This document shows positions 18,583 to 27,351 of a stretch of 64,000 nucleotides of DNA, piece after piece. The stretch's first letter is position 1. Every line of letters starts with the position of its first letter. The notes below the pieces were generated by a model. That model saw only the letters and a list, made by a program, of their open reading frames with translations, made no database searches and was not told where the DNA came from. Both the position numbers and the translations under genes were made by a program. The DNA comes from an archaeon (lineage in GTDB: Archaea; Nanobdellota; Nanobdellia; Woesearchaeales; GW2011-AR9). The stretch covers positions 2,569 to 66,568 of the forward strand of contig JAHFSD010000002.1 in NCBI GenBank assembly GCA_023265925.1. The letters are read 5' to 3'.

Positions 18583-19725
18583 CTACAACACCAGTTTATA
18601 TTTTTGTTGCCGGCTTTGAATTACTTTTATCGCTTCCGTAATTTGCTGTACTTCTTCTTTCGTCATGTGGGAATAAAGCGGCAGGCTTAACACTTTTTGA
18701 GCAATCTCTTCCGTTAACTGCAGCTTATCATTATAACCATCTTTATATTTGTGGTAGGTCTTCTGCAGATGTAACGGCGGATTAAAAAATTTCTTGGTCT
18801 GAATACCTTGTTGCTGTAATTCCTCTGCCAGCAGATCCCGGGTCAGGCCAAACTGTTCCGGATCAATGAGCAACGAAAAATCCTTGTAGGTTGTCCTGAG
18901 TAACGGATCAATCTGCTGGAAGCGTATGCCGGGAACACCGACCAGCAGCTCTTTGTACTTTTTTACGGACTCATTCCTCCGAGCGATATTATGTTCCAGC
19001 ATCGCCAGCGATTTCAATCCCAGCAACGCATTGAATTCTCCCATCCGTGCACTCAGGCCGGGAAATTCACAATCATAATTACCCGGATTACCGTAGTTTC
19101 TTCCGATACGTACGCTCCGTGCCAATTCATCGTTGTTCGTGGCAACGATGCCGCCCTCAACTGCTACCAACAACTTAGTGGGCGAGCAACTGAAGATCTC
19201 TGCATCGCCAAACGTGCCAACCATCTGTGAGCCTACTTTGGAGCCCAGAGCATGGGCTGCATCGAAAATGAGTTTGAGCTGGTGCTCCTGAGCAATCTGT
19301 TGCAGTTCTTCTACCGGAGCAGGACAGCCAAAGATATGCACCGCAAGTATGGCTGAGGTGTGGGGTGTAATGGCTTCTCTCACTTTTGTGGGGTCGATGA
19401 TAAAGCTATCTGGGTCTATTTCTACGAAGCGGGGAGTAAGACCGTTCCAGAGCAGGACATGTCCTGTGGCCGAGAACGTAAAGCTGGGAACAATAACCTC
19501 TCCGGTTAACCCGAGGGCTCTCAGGACGAGCATCATCCCGGAAGTGCAGGATGAAACGGCAATAGCATGTTTAACCCCCAAATAATTCTGCAGCTCCCGT
19601 TCCAATTTTTTTACCTGTTCATGGTTCGTGATCATGCCACTAGCAAAAAAAGCTTTAAATTCTTGCTCAAAATCCTCCCATAGTGGTAAAGTTGGTTTGG
19701 TTATAGGAATCATAAATTGAACCAT
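18583..19725 (-). CDS. DegT/DnrJ/EryC1/StrS-family PLP-dependent sugar aminotransferase (third copy)
   Basis: SCSPTKLLVAVEGGIVATNN; family-typical length. Confidence 0.85.
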   Translation of the reverse strand: MVQFMIPITKPTLPLWEDFEQEFKAFFASGMITNHEQVKKLERELQNYLGVKHAIAVSSCTSGMMLVLRALGLTGEVIVPSFTFSATGHVLLWNGLTPRFVEIDPDSFIIDPTKVREAITPHTSAILAVHIFGCPAPVEELQQIAQEHQLKLIFDAAHALGSKVGSQMVGTFGDAEIFSCSPTKLLVAVEGGIVATNNDELARSVRIGRNYGNPGNYDCEFPGLSARMGEFNALLGLKSLAMLEHNIARRNESVKKYKELLVGVPGIRFQQIDPLLRTTYKDFSLLIDPEQFGLTRDLLAEELQQQGIQTKKFFNPPLHLQKTYHKYKDGYNDKLQLTEEIAQKVLSLPLYSHMTKEEVQQITEAIKVIQSRQQKYKLVL

Positions 19726-19842
19726 CTCTTTTCTTGATTATAGGGATAAGCAGGAGTAAGTAAGAGCGAGGGTTTCCGAAACGTTCCCGGGAAAAAGCAC
19801 TTTTTAAATGTTGTTAATTAAAAATCCAGGTTTACCCGACTT

Positions 19843-20964
19843 TTGCGTTTTATACCAACAGACATAAATAACCATGCCGGAATGATTTTTCTCCCGGGAA
19901 CGCAAAAATGTGACAAAAATGTGAGTTTAATAAGACTTATAAAGTCACTATCAAGTTTTAGAAGTATGCCTTTAATACCAGTTGGTAAGGGAGACTTCCG
20001 CCTCCTGCCACAATTTGCTGAGGGAGATTTTCCGGGTTATGAGTTGTATCTTCCTGAATTTGATGATAAGGTGTATAACTGTCTGGAAGCTCTTCCGGGC
20101 CATATTAAGATAATTTCTATCCATCAGCCGCCTAGTGTGCGTGTCGATGGCCAACTCCATAGGTCAAACATGGTGAACTTTGGAAGAATTGGTGAAGCAA
20201 CTGTCTTCTCTATGAAAAAAATAGTAGAATTATGCCATCAGCGGGGTATCCCTCAAGTGGTGGTTCATGGCGCTTTTTATGATTGCCGAGAGAGGGAGCA
20301 GCAGGAAGCTTTTTCATTGTTTACCAGCAGGTTGAAAAGTTTATCCCATCCAGAAGTGGAATTGTTGTGTGAAAATGATGCTTTGTGGGGACCGGATCAT
20401 TATTCAATCCACTCGCTATTATGTACCATGGAAAATTTTTTGTTGCTAAATAAGCTGATGGATGGAAAAATCAAGATAACGCTCGACATTGAACATTTTT
20501 TGATCACGCACTATTTTACTCGCTTTCTTGGTTCCATCACCGCCAGGGACACGGACTTTTATGTAGGATCTGAGGAAAGAGGAGAGCTTTTACAAAAGGA
20601 TTTTCTCTCTTTTCATGCTCCTCAGGAAAATGTGCTAAAGCAAACTTTATACAGTTCTCTTGGCCAATTCATCAGTTTCTTTAATGACCAGATTGAGATG
20701 GTGCACTTAAATGGCTCTGATTTTCATAATTTTATGTTTGATGCAGGGAAAAAGCTTCCGCTGATCGGAGAGCATTTGCCTCTGGGCTTTGACCAGGGGG
20801 GAGTTAAGGACAGGATTGATTATGGTTTATTGGTAGTGGCACTCCAGAAGCTGCCTCATCATAAAAATATCCCTCTGGTGCTGGAAGTGTGGAGAAAAGA
20901 TCCAGGGGAATTCATTGCAGAAATGCGGCGGTCAAAACAATTTTTAACAAACTATTTAAGCTAG
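19843..20964 (+). CDS. hypothetical protein, possibly xylose-isomerase-like TIM-barrel (sugar phosphate isomerase/epimerase) fold
   Basis: Weak pattern only (IISIHQPP, VVVHGAF, LDIEHF, VHLNGS). Real start may be Met at 19966. Confidence 0.3.
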   Translation: MRFIPTDINNHAGMIFLPGTQKCDKNVSLIRLIKSLSSFRSMPLIPVGKGDFRLLPQFAEGDFPGYELYLPEFDDKVYNCLEALPGHIKIISIHQPPSVRVDGQLHRSNMVNFGRIGEATVFSMKKIVELCHQRGIPQVVVHGAFYDCREREQQEAFSLFTSRLKSLSHPEVELLCENDALWGPDHYSIHSLLCTMENFLLLNKLMDGKIKITLDIEHFLITHYFTRFLGSITARDTDFYVGSEERGELLQKDFLSFHAPQENVLKQTLYSSLGQFISFFNDQIEMVHLNGSDFHNFMFDAGKKLPLIGEHLPLGFDQGGVKDRIDYGLLVVALQKLPHHKNIPLVLEVWRKDPGEFIAEMRRSKQFLTNYLS

Positions 20965-21042
20965 TTTTAACAGGCTGTTTAATTAAAAAACTGTTTAAGC
21001 AAGTCAAATGCTAACAACACATGAAAGAGGAGGTTTGAAAAT

Positions 21043-22062
21043 ATGGTCATCATTGCCGGCAGGGAAATTAAGAATTTTAGTGAACCTTTCATTATAGCTG
21101 AAGTCGGCTCTAACCATAAGGGGGATCTCGCATTAGCCAAGCACTTGATCGATAAAGCAGCGCAATGCGGTGCGGACAGCGTTAAATTCCAGGTGTGGTC
21201 TAAAAAAAGCTTATTCAGCAAGGTGGTCTTCGCCAATAGGCCGGAGCTGGAAGAACAGATTGAACGCTACTCTTTGTCTCTGCCTGATTTCAAAGAACTT
21301 AAAGAATATGGTGATGCCCGGGGAATCATGATCTCAGCTTCAGCATTCTGCAAGGAAGAAGTGGATTTTTTGGTTAGGGAGGTCAATGTAGCCTACCTTA
21401 AAGTAGCTTCGATGGATGTTACTCATCTCCCCTTCCTGGAGTATGTAGCCCAGCAGGGCAAGCCGATAGTCATGTCTACGGGGCTAGCCAGCATTGCTGA
21501 AATTGATGAAGCAGTAACTGTCATTCACCGTTATAACCGTAACTTAATACTGCTTCACTGTACCAGCTTGTATCCTCAACAGGATGAACAATCTCATCTC
21601 AATAATCTCCCATTTTTACAGGAAACCTTTAATGTTCCGGTGGGCTATTCTGACCATAGTTTAGGTATAACTATTCCATTAGGTGCTGTCGTAAAAGGAG
21701 CGTGCTTGTTAGAGAAACATTTTGCTTTAAATAATCAAGATGAGAAGATTTGGGACCAAAATTTCTCCGCCAGTCCAGAAGAATTGAAGAATTTAGTTGT
21801 GGAAAGTAAAAGGTTAGTGAGAGCTTTGGGCAACATTCGGATAACGCTGGATGCAGCCAAACTAAAACAGCGGGAAGTCATGAGGAGAAGCATAGTAACA
21901 TCGCGGCATCTGCCACAAGGACATATTTTAACTATAGAAGATCTCCTTTTCAAGCGCCCGGGAACTGGTCTGGAGCCCAAACAGGTGGCGATTGTGATTG
22001 GAAAACAACTTAAGCGTGATCTTGCACCTGATACTTTGTTAACTTGGGCCGATTTGTTGTAA
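21043..22062 (+). CDS. N-acetylneuraminate/legionaminate/pseudaminate synthase family (NeuB/LegI/PseI-like) with C-terminal SAF domain
   Basis: FIIAEVGSNHKGDLALAKHLIDKAAQCGADSVKFQ. GAGGAGG SD upstream. Confidence 0.85.
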   Translation: MVIIAGREIKNFSEPFIIAEVGSNHKGDLALAKHLIDKAAQCGADSVKFQVWSKKSLFSKVVFANRPELEEQIERYSLSLPDFKELKEYGDARGIMISASAFCKEEVDFLVREVNVAYLKVASMDVTHLPFLEYVAQQGKPIVMSTGLASIAEIDEAVTVIHRYNRNLILLHCTSLYPQQDEQSHLNNLPFLQETFNVPVGYSDHSLGITIPLGAVVKGACLLEKHFALNNQDEKIWDQNFSASPEELKNLVVESKRLVRALGNIRITLDAAKLKQREVMRRSIVTSRHLPQGHILTIEDLLFKRPGTGLEPKQVAIVIGKQLKRDLAPDTLLTWADLL

Positions 22063-22111
22063 ATAGAGTGGAGCAGTCAGTCAAATAGACAGTGAAATAG
22101 ACAGAAAGAAC

Positions 22112-22339
22112 ATGACTCCAGAAGCAATCTTATCCGAAGAGCGCGCAGCACAGCTCATTGAAAGGTGCACTGATTATCAGATAGAATCCATCCAGCTCAT
22201 TCCTGAAGGGGGTAGCCATTACAGTTTTAACTTGGTCTGCTCAGGTTACCCCCTTCAGGAACTCGGGATGGACTTCGTGATCTGTGGAGTGAAAAATTCA
22301 AGGAGTTACTCTTTAAAATCATTGTTAGTGGAACCGTAG
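22112..22339 (+). CDS. small hypothetical protein
   Basis: 75-aa ORF between neuB-like and neuA-like genes; no motif. Confidence 0.2.
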   Translation: MTPEAILSEERAAQLIERCTDYQIESIQLIPEGGSHYSFNLVCSGYPLQELGMDFVICGVKNSRSYSLKSLLVEP

Positions 22340-22487
22340 ATTACGTTCGATACGCTGATATTATCAGCGAAAAAACTAAGCAACCCAGGCGGCCATCAAT
22401 ACTTTAATAAAATGTCAATACTTTAATAAACAACGATACTAGAATCTAATCTAATATAATCTAATACAATATAATCTGATTTGAAAT

Positions 22488-23249
22488 ATGATTAACGGAA
22501 AACGAGTTTTGGCGTACATCCCCGCGCGAAGCGGCTCAAAAGGGATTAAAGATAAGAATATCATCGACCTATGCGGCAAACCGCTGATTGCCTATACCAT
22601 TGAGGCAGCAAGGCAGAGTAAATACATCGATCGGCTGATTGTTTCCACTGATTCCGCAGAGTACGCGTCCGTTGCTAGAAAATATGGGGCGGAAGTACCT
22701 TTCCTGCGTCCCGTTGAGTTAGCAACAGACACCTCTCCAGAGATGCATACGACTTTGCATCTTATGGAGTGGTTGGAAAAAGAAGGCTTGGCAGCATTTG
22801 ATATAATTATACGCCTGCAGGGGACGTCTCCCTTGCGCACGGCCAAAGATATTGACGGGGCTTTAACATTGTTTTTCCACAAAAATGCCGATACGATTAT
22901 CGGGGTCTGTGAGGCGAGAACCACCCCACTGGCGATGAATACCCTACCCGCCGATCACTCCATGCATGATTTTATTCCGGAATGGATCAAAAACAAAAAT
23001 AGGCAGGAGTTGCCTACCTATTATCAGCTTAACGGCGCCATTTTTATTGCGAACTGGAAATTTATCAGGGAACAAAAGAGTTGGTTTTCTGGAAAAAGTT
23101 ATGCTTATATCATGCCTCAAGAGCGATCCGTAGATATAGATAATCCGCTAGATTTAGAGTTTGCGAAGTTTTTGCTGGAGAACAAGTTAAAATCCAAAGA
23201 ATTTTCCACCGGTCCACAACAGGTGAGAAAATTGCCTTTGTGCGTCTGA
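22488..23249 (+). CDS. CMP-nonulosonic acid synthetase (acylneuraminate cytidylyltransferase family, NeuA/LegF/PseF-like)
   Basis: N-terminal AYIPARSGSKGIKDKNI is the CTP_transf_3 signature. Confidence 0.85.
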   Translation: MINGKRVLAYIPARSGSKGIKDKNIIDLCGKPLIAYTIEAARQSKYIDRLIVSTDSAEYASVARKYGAEVPFLRPVELATDTSPEMHTTLHLMEWLEKEGLAAFDIIIRLQGTSPLRTAKDIDGALTLFFHKNADTIIGVCEARTTPLAMNTLPADHSMHDFIPEWIKNKNRQELPTYYQLNGAIFIANWKFIREQKSWFSGKSYAYIMPQERSVDIDNPLDLEFAKFLLENKLKSKEFSTGPQQVRKLPLCV

Positions 23250-23292
23250 CCGATAGTGGGCGGTTCCTTTTTGAGGAAAGAATGGGTAAATC

Positions 23293-24303
23293 ATGATTTC
23301 AGAGCAATTGTTGGCACAACTGGAGAAAGAGTACGGATTATTATTGCAAAAAGTAGAGAGTGATATTCCCATCCAATTTCAGGCTAAAAGTTCATTATCT
23401 CTTCTTAAAGATGAGGAAGATTCTTTTTACATTTTGAAAAGAATTCCTCCGGCTTATTTTAAATTGTCTACACCAGGAGATTATTTTCATGGTTTAAGTT
23501 TGTTCATCAGGCAGGTTCATGCTCATGAAATTCCGTTAGTAAATTATCTCTTTACTCAGGAAGGGGCAGTCTCATTGCAGTATCAAGAAGATTATTATGT
23601 TATCTATCCGTACGTTTCGGCAGCAGGCTATAGTGGTGCTTTAGAAGAAGTGAGAAGTACTGCTTCGATCCATGCCCGTATGAATTGTGCTTTGAAAAGT
23701 ATGGATCCTGCTGAGGTGGATTTTATCAGGAGGAAGATTAAGAATAATTTTCTTACTGATGAACCTCTCCCCGTTCTTCTGGAGAGAGTTAAAGAGAAAT
23801 TGTCTTCCAGTCAGAAAAATGAGGTGACAAAAAAGATCAGCGCATTGGTCCCGGTCGTGGAAGAGTGTCTATTCTCATTTGATGAAAAGCTTTATCATTC
23901 TCTCCCGGCGGGAGTAGCGCATAAAGATGTTTGGCCAGCTAATATTCTGTATGACCAGAACGAATTAAAGGTAATTCTCGACCCTGATGAAGCAATGTAT
24001 ATTCCTCGAGTGCGGGATGTGATGTATTCGATATGGTGTTTTTCAACTCTGACGGCAGAGGGAAGAGTAACTTCGCCAGATCTGATTTCAGCAAATGCTT
24101 ATCTAGATGCTTATGTCAGAGCGGGAGAACTTACCACGGCTGAAGTACGATTTCTTCCGGAAGCGGCGATTCGAATTTGGACTGAAGATTTTCTTCATTT
24201 TATGTTGAAGGTTAATCTTTCTCGTAATCATATTCCTGGCTTAGAAGAAAAAATGACCTATCTAACCGATGCTGTTGCTGCCCGTTCTGCCTGGGGGTTT
24301 TGA
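23293..24303 (+). CDS. APH/phosphotransferase-enzyme-family kinase-like protein
   Basis: HKDVWPANILYD (Brenner HxDxxxxN) and downstream D motif. Confidence 0.55.
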   Translation: MISEQLLAQLEKEYGLLLQKVESDIPIQFQAKSSLSLLKDEEDSFYILKRIPPAYFKLSTPGDYFHGLSLFIRQVHAHEIPLVNYLFTQEGAVSLQYQEDYYVIYPYVSAAGYSGALEEVRSTASIHARMNCALKSMDPAEVDFIRRKIKNNFLTDEPLPVLLERVKEKLSSSQKNEVTKKISALVPVVEECLFSFDEKLYHSLPAGVAHKDVWPANILYDQNELKVILDPDEAMYIPRVRDVMYSIWCFSTLTAEGRVTSPDLISANAYLDAYVRAGELTTAEVRFLPEAAIRIWTEDFLHFMLKVNLSRNHIPGLEEKMTYLTDAVAARSAWGF

Positions 24304-24981
24304 CTTAGTGTTAAAGTGGTGGAGATCCTTTTTAGGATGGAGGGGTATTCCTTTAGGCTTTGGAGAAGGAGATGCGGTTGCTCTTGTTGGAGTGTAGTCA
24401 TCGTTGAAAATCCGGTAGCAACTGCAACGGTGAAACAGGAATTAGCTTTGCCAGCCCGAATATCGTGGACAGTGTCACCAATGACAATCTTTTTTTTGAT
24501 CGGTGCAATTTTTTCTGCTTTATTGATAGCACTTTCAACGAGTTTTTCTCTGTTCTCACCCCGATCAAAGCTAAAAAAACTAAAATAGGAGTATAATCCG
24601 GCCTTTCGGATCATTTTCTCCCCAATATTTTCTTTGTTCCCAGTTACTAATCCCAGAAGATTTTTTTTCTCTTTTTTGAGGTAATTGAGAAATTCTATAA
24701 CTCCCGGTAAAGGCTCCAGAGGAATCAACGCCATTTTTTGGTCAAGATGGAGATAAAAAAAATTTAATAAAATTATTAATTTTCTCGTCTGAATGAATTC
24801 CCATCTTTCGAAGGACGATTCGTGGACCGTCTAGTCCGGCCATCCCAGAGGTCGGGATTATAATTTTGGATGGAACGGTAATGCGGAATACTTCTTGATA
24901 TGCCGCTTGGTGTGCTTGAATATGCAAATGGTCAATATTTATGAAGACACCATCCAGGTCAAAGAGCCAGAGCGTAGCCAT
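24258..24981 (-). pseudogene. HAD-superfamily hydrolase (beta-phosphoglucomutase-like) split by a -1/+1 frameshift in an A8/T8 homopolymer
   Basis: Two ORFs, 24742-24981 (motif I LFDLDGV) and 24258-24734 (PLPGV...GDTVHDI). Removing one base of the tract at 24756-24763 restores ...NNFIKFFYLHLDQKMALIPLEPLPGV... Confidence 0.6.
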
Positions 24982-25042
24982 ACCCGCATTTTATAACGTG
25001 GTTATTAAAATCTTTCGGAACTTCAGGATACTAAAGTATTAC

Positions 25043-25135
25043 GGAACTATGTAATTATTCAGCCATCTGAAGCGTGGTGAGCATCATAACCTTAGGACGG
25101 GGGCGCTTCACGTGGCTGAATAATTACGGAACTAT
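25043..25135. mobile_element. MITE-like element: 24-bp near-perfect terminal inverted repeats (22/24) with a 29-bp spacer, flanked by 8-bp direct repeats (ggaactat)
   Basis: Arm1 25051-25074 gtaattattcagccatctgaagcg; arm2 25104-25127 cgcttcacgtggctgaataattac; DRs 25043-25050 and 25128-25135. Confidence 0.4.
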
Positions 25136-25994
25136 TTCTGTTTATCTCCTCATAAATATACCCTTCAATTTGTTGGGAAGAGTTCACTGCCCGGGGATAG
25201 GGCTCATTCAAAAAATAGTTTGGATCTTCTTTCATTTTTTTCCACAACAATTGATGCATATCCTTCTCTTCGATCACCATAACAGTCCCATCCCCCAATG
25301 TAGTCTTTTTAAGCAGGTGCTTATGTTCTTCAAAAAAAGACCTGAATTTCGATTGGTCGATTTGTGGAGTGGGCACAACCTGCCGATTGCGCACATAGAC
25401 ATCGACGGCTGCTGGTTTGCCGTCAACCGTGCCAGTAAAATTCTTGATATGACGATAGGGGACTTTTGCCTGCTCTTCAACATAATGAAATTGGGTAGTA
25501 GCAGGAACTTCTAATCCCAGCAGCATTATCTTTACTGTACTCTTCTGATGAATAAGGTCGAAGAGGCTTCCTACTCCCGAACAGTTCGTCGTGCAGGCTG
25601 ACAAATAGTAATCCTTATCTTTTCCCATCACCGCCACTGAATAAATAGGGTGACTGGACCGGACAATATTATTTCGCTGTCGAAATACTTCAGATAATAA
25701 ACCAACCTCCGATTTACTATGGATTGAATCAAAGAAACCTGTTTTGCAAAAAGACAGGGTGAAAGTGGGAACAATCAATGTTCCTTCCGAACCGATAACT
25801 GATAAGATAGCTTCAATGAAAATATTGGCAAATCCCTCTTTCGTGCATTCCCCCACGGGCCGGCCAAAAGAAAATAGGCAGGAGTGAATGAAAAGAGTAT
25901 CTCCAGAACTGATGCCGATCTCTTTAAAAGAGTTGGTAATATCGGCAAAAGTGATATTTCCATTAGTACTTTGAATAACCGCATTTTCATTCAT
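25092..25994 (-). CDS. aminoglycoside 3-N-acetyltransferase (AAC(3)/Antibiotic_NAT) family acyltransferase
   Basis: SSGDTLFIHSCLFSFGRPVGEC...GTLIVPTF matches the GDxLxxHSSLxxxG...GG core of AAC(3). The C-terminal ~16 codons lie inside the MITE-like element. Confidence 0.55.
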   Translation of the reverse strand: MNENAVIQSTNGNITFADITNSFKEIGISSGDTLFIHSCLFSFGRPVGECTKEGFANIFIEAILSVIGSEGTLIVPTFTLSFCKTGFFDSIHSKSEVGLLSEVFRQRNNIVRSSHPIYSVAVMGKDKDYYLSACTTNCSGVGSLFDLIHQKSTVKIMLLGLEVPATTQFHYVEEQAKVPYRHIKNFTGTVDGKPAAVDVYVRNRQVVPTPQIDQSKFRSFFEEHKHLLKKTTLGDGTVMVIEEKDMHQLLWKKMKEDPNYFLNEPYPRAVNSSQQIEGYIYEEINRNSSVIIQPREAPPS

Positions 25995-26223
25995 GTTTCA
26001 TTTTCATAACGAGCTTTGCTAGGGTCTCAATAGATTTAAAGCTCTCTTCGATGATATCTTCCCCTTTTATCTTCATATTGAATGTTTTTTCCAATTCGTC
26101 AACCAAATTAATGATATCAAAAGAATCTAAAAAACCAGTGGCGAAAAAGTCTTCAGTATCCGATACTTGTTCTACCTGCTTTATTCTTCTGATAATTTCC
26201 CTAATCTGCGCTGCCTCATCCAT
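25987..26223 (-). CDS. acyl/peptidyl carrier protein
   Basis: 78 aa with a GFLDSFDIINLV phosphopantetheine-attachment-like motif. Confidence 0.6.
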   Translation of the reverse strand: MDEAAQIREIIRRIKQVEQVSDTEDFFATGFLDSFDIINLVDELEKTFNMKIKGEDIIEESFKSIETLAKLVMKMKHE

Positions 26224-26731
26224 GGGTCATTCCTCGGTATTCTGATTGCAGGATATCAAAGCACATCCTATTTTGAAATCCCCCCTCTATGAAATGTGAT
26301 TCCCGCTGTATTCCCGAACGCTTAAAATTGTTTTTTTCAAGGACGCGTAACGAGGCGGCATTTTTTTCAGCTACTATCGCCTGTATGGAATGGAGCTTGA
26401 GGTCAGTGAACGCTTTCTCTAGAAGGAGATTTACCGCGATGGTCATTACGCTTTGTCCAGCATAGGACCGTTCGCCTAAAATATACCATATCATGCCGGT
26501 TTTGTCTAAATTATCAATCAAACTCAACCCCACAAATCCAATGGGCTGATCTAGATCATAAACCATACAAAAGAAATTATCACTTTTTTTCAAGATCCTG
26601 GTGTGAATGATTTGATTATATCTCTCCAAATTATACCGGGAAATCAACCACTTATTATTTTCCGGATTGTGGAACCAGCTAGCTAAAAGTTCGAAATCCG
26701 TATCTCTTACCATTTCAAGTCGAATATTCAT
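26216..26731 (-). CDS. GNAT-family N-acetyltransferase (PseH-like candidate)
   Basis: 171-aa RimL/GNAT-like sequence; position in a nonulosonic acid cluster. Confidence 0.6.
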   Translation of the reverse strand: MNIRLEMVRDTDFELLASWFHNPENNKWLISRYNLERYNQIIHTRILKKSDNFFCMVYDLDQPIGFVGLSLIDNLDKTGMIWYILGERSYAGQSVMTIAVNLLLEKAFTDLKLHSIQAIVAEKNAASLRVLEKNNFKRSGIQRESHFIEGGFQNRMCFDILQSEYRGMTHG

Positions 26732-26820
26732 CTTTCAAGGAAATCTTATCTTTTTTTTCTGTATTCGTTCTCACTAAAGCATTTCTCGGCAAGGCATTTT
26801 TAAATATTATGGTTTAGGAA

Positions 26821-27351
26821 TCAAGGAACCACTTGGAAATCGTACGCCACCCCTATTCTCAATGCGGGAGTTTTTTTTAAGAAGCAATCATAATATCCCT
26901 TACCAAAGCCAACCCTATCCCCCAAAAGATCGAATCCAATACCGGGAATCAAAGCGAGGTCTATGATGACCGGTTCAATGAGTGGACAGGTTGAAACTGG
27001 TTCCTTGATTCCATAACTTCCTTTTATTAAATCACTGATTCCATTTGTTACTTGGGTAACAACCATTGCTCCTGTTTCAGGGTTCACTTTTGGGAAAGCG
27101 ACCCGCTTACTTTCATGAAGGGCATTCTGGGCAATGGCATGAAGGTCTACTTCTTTATCAAATGGGGCGTAACAGAGAATGGTTTTTGCACTGGCATATT
27201 CCGGTAGAGCGAGAATGCGCTTAGAGATTAATTTACTTTTATGGAGGACTTCTTCATTGCTAAGATGCTGATGCCAAAATCGAAGTTCCCGCCGAAGCTC
27301 TGCTTTATTGTGCGCGTTCATGTTTTCAAAGCTAATTTTTTCATTCATCAT
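26821..27351 (-). CDS. 5-formyltetrahydrofolate cyclo-ligase (MTHFS) family
   Basis: ILCYAPFDKEVDL ... GFDLLGDRVGFGKGYYD. Confidence 0.7.
   Translation of the reverse strand: MMNEKISFENMNAHNKAELRRELRFWHQHLSNEEVLHKSKLISKRILALPEYASAKTILCYAPFDKEVDLHAIAQNALHESKRVAFPKVNPETGAMVVTQVTNGISDLIKGSYGIKEPVSTCPLIEPVIIDLALIPGIGFDLLGDRVGFGKGYYDCFLKKTPALRIGVAYDFQVVP

Noticed and set aside
25074-25514. 146-aa plus-strand ORF
   Set aside because: Entirely antisense to the AAC(3)-like CDS, which has clear family motifs.
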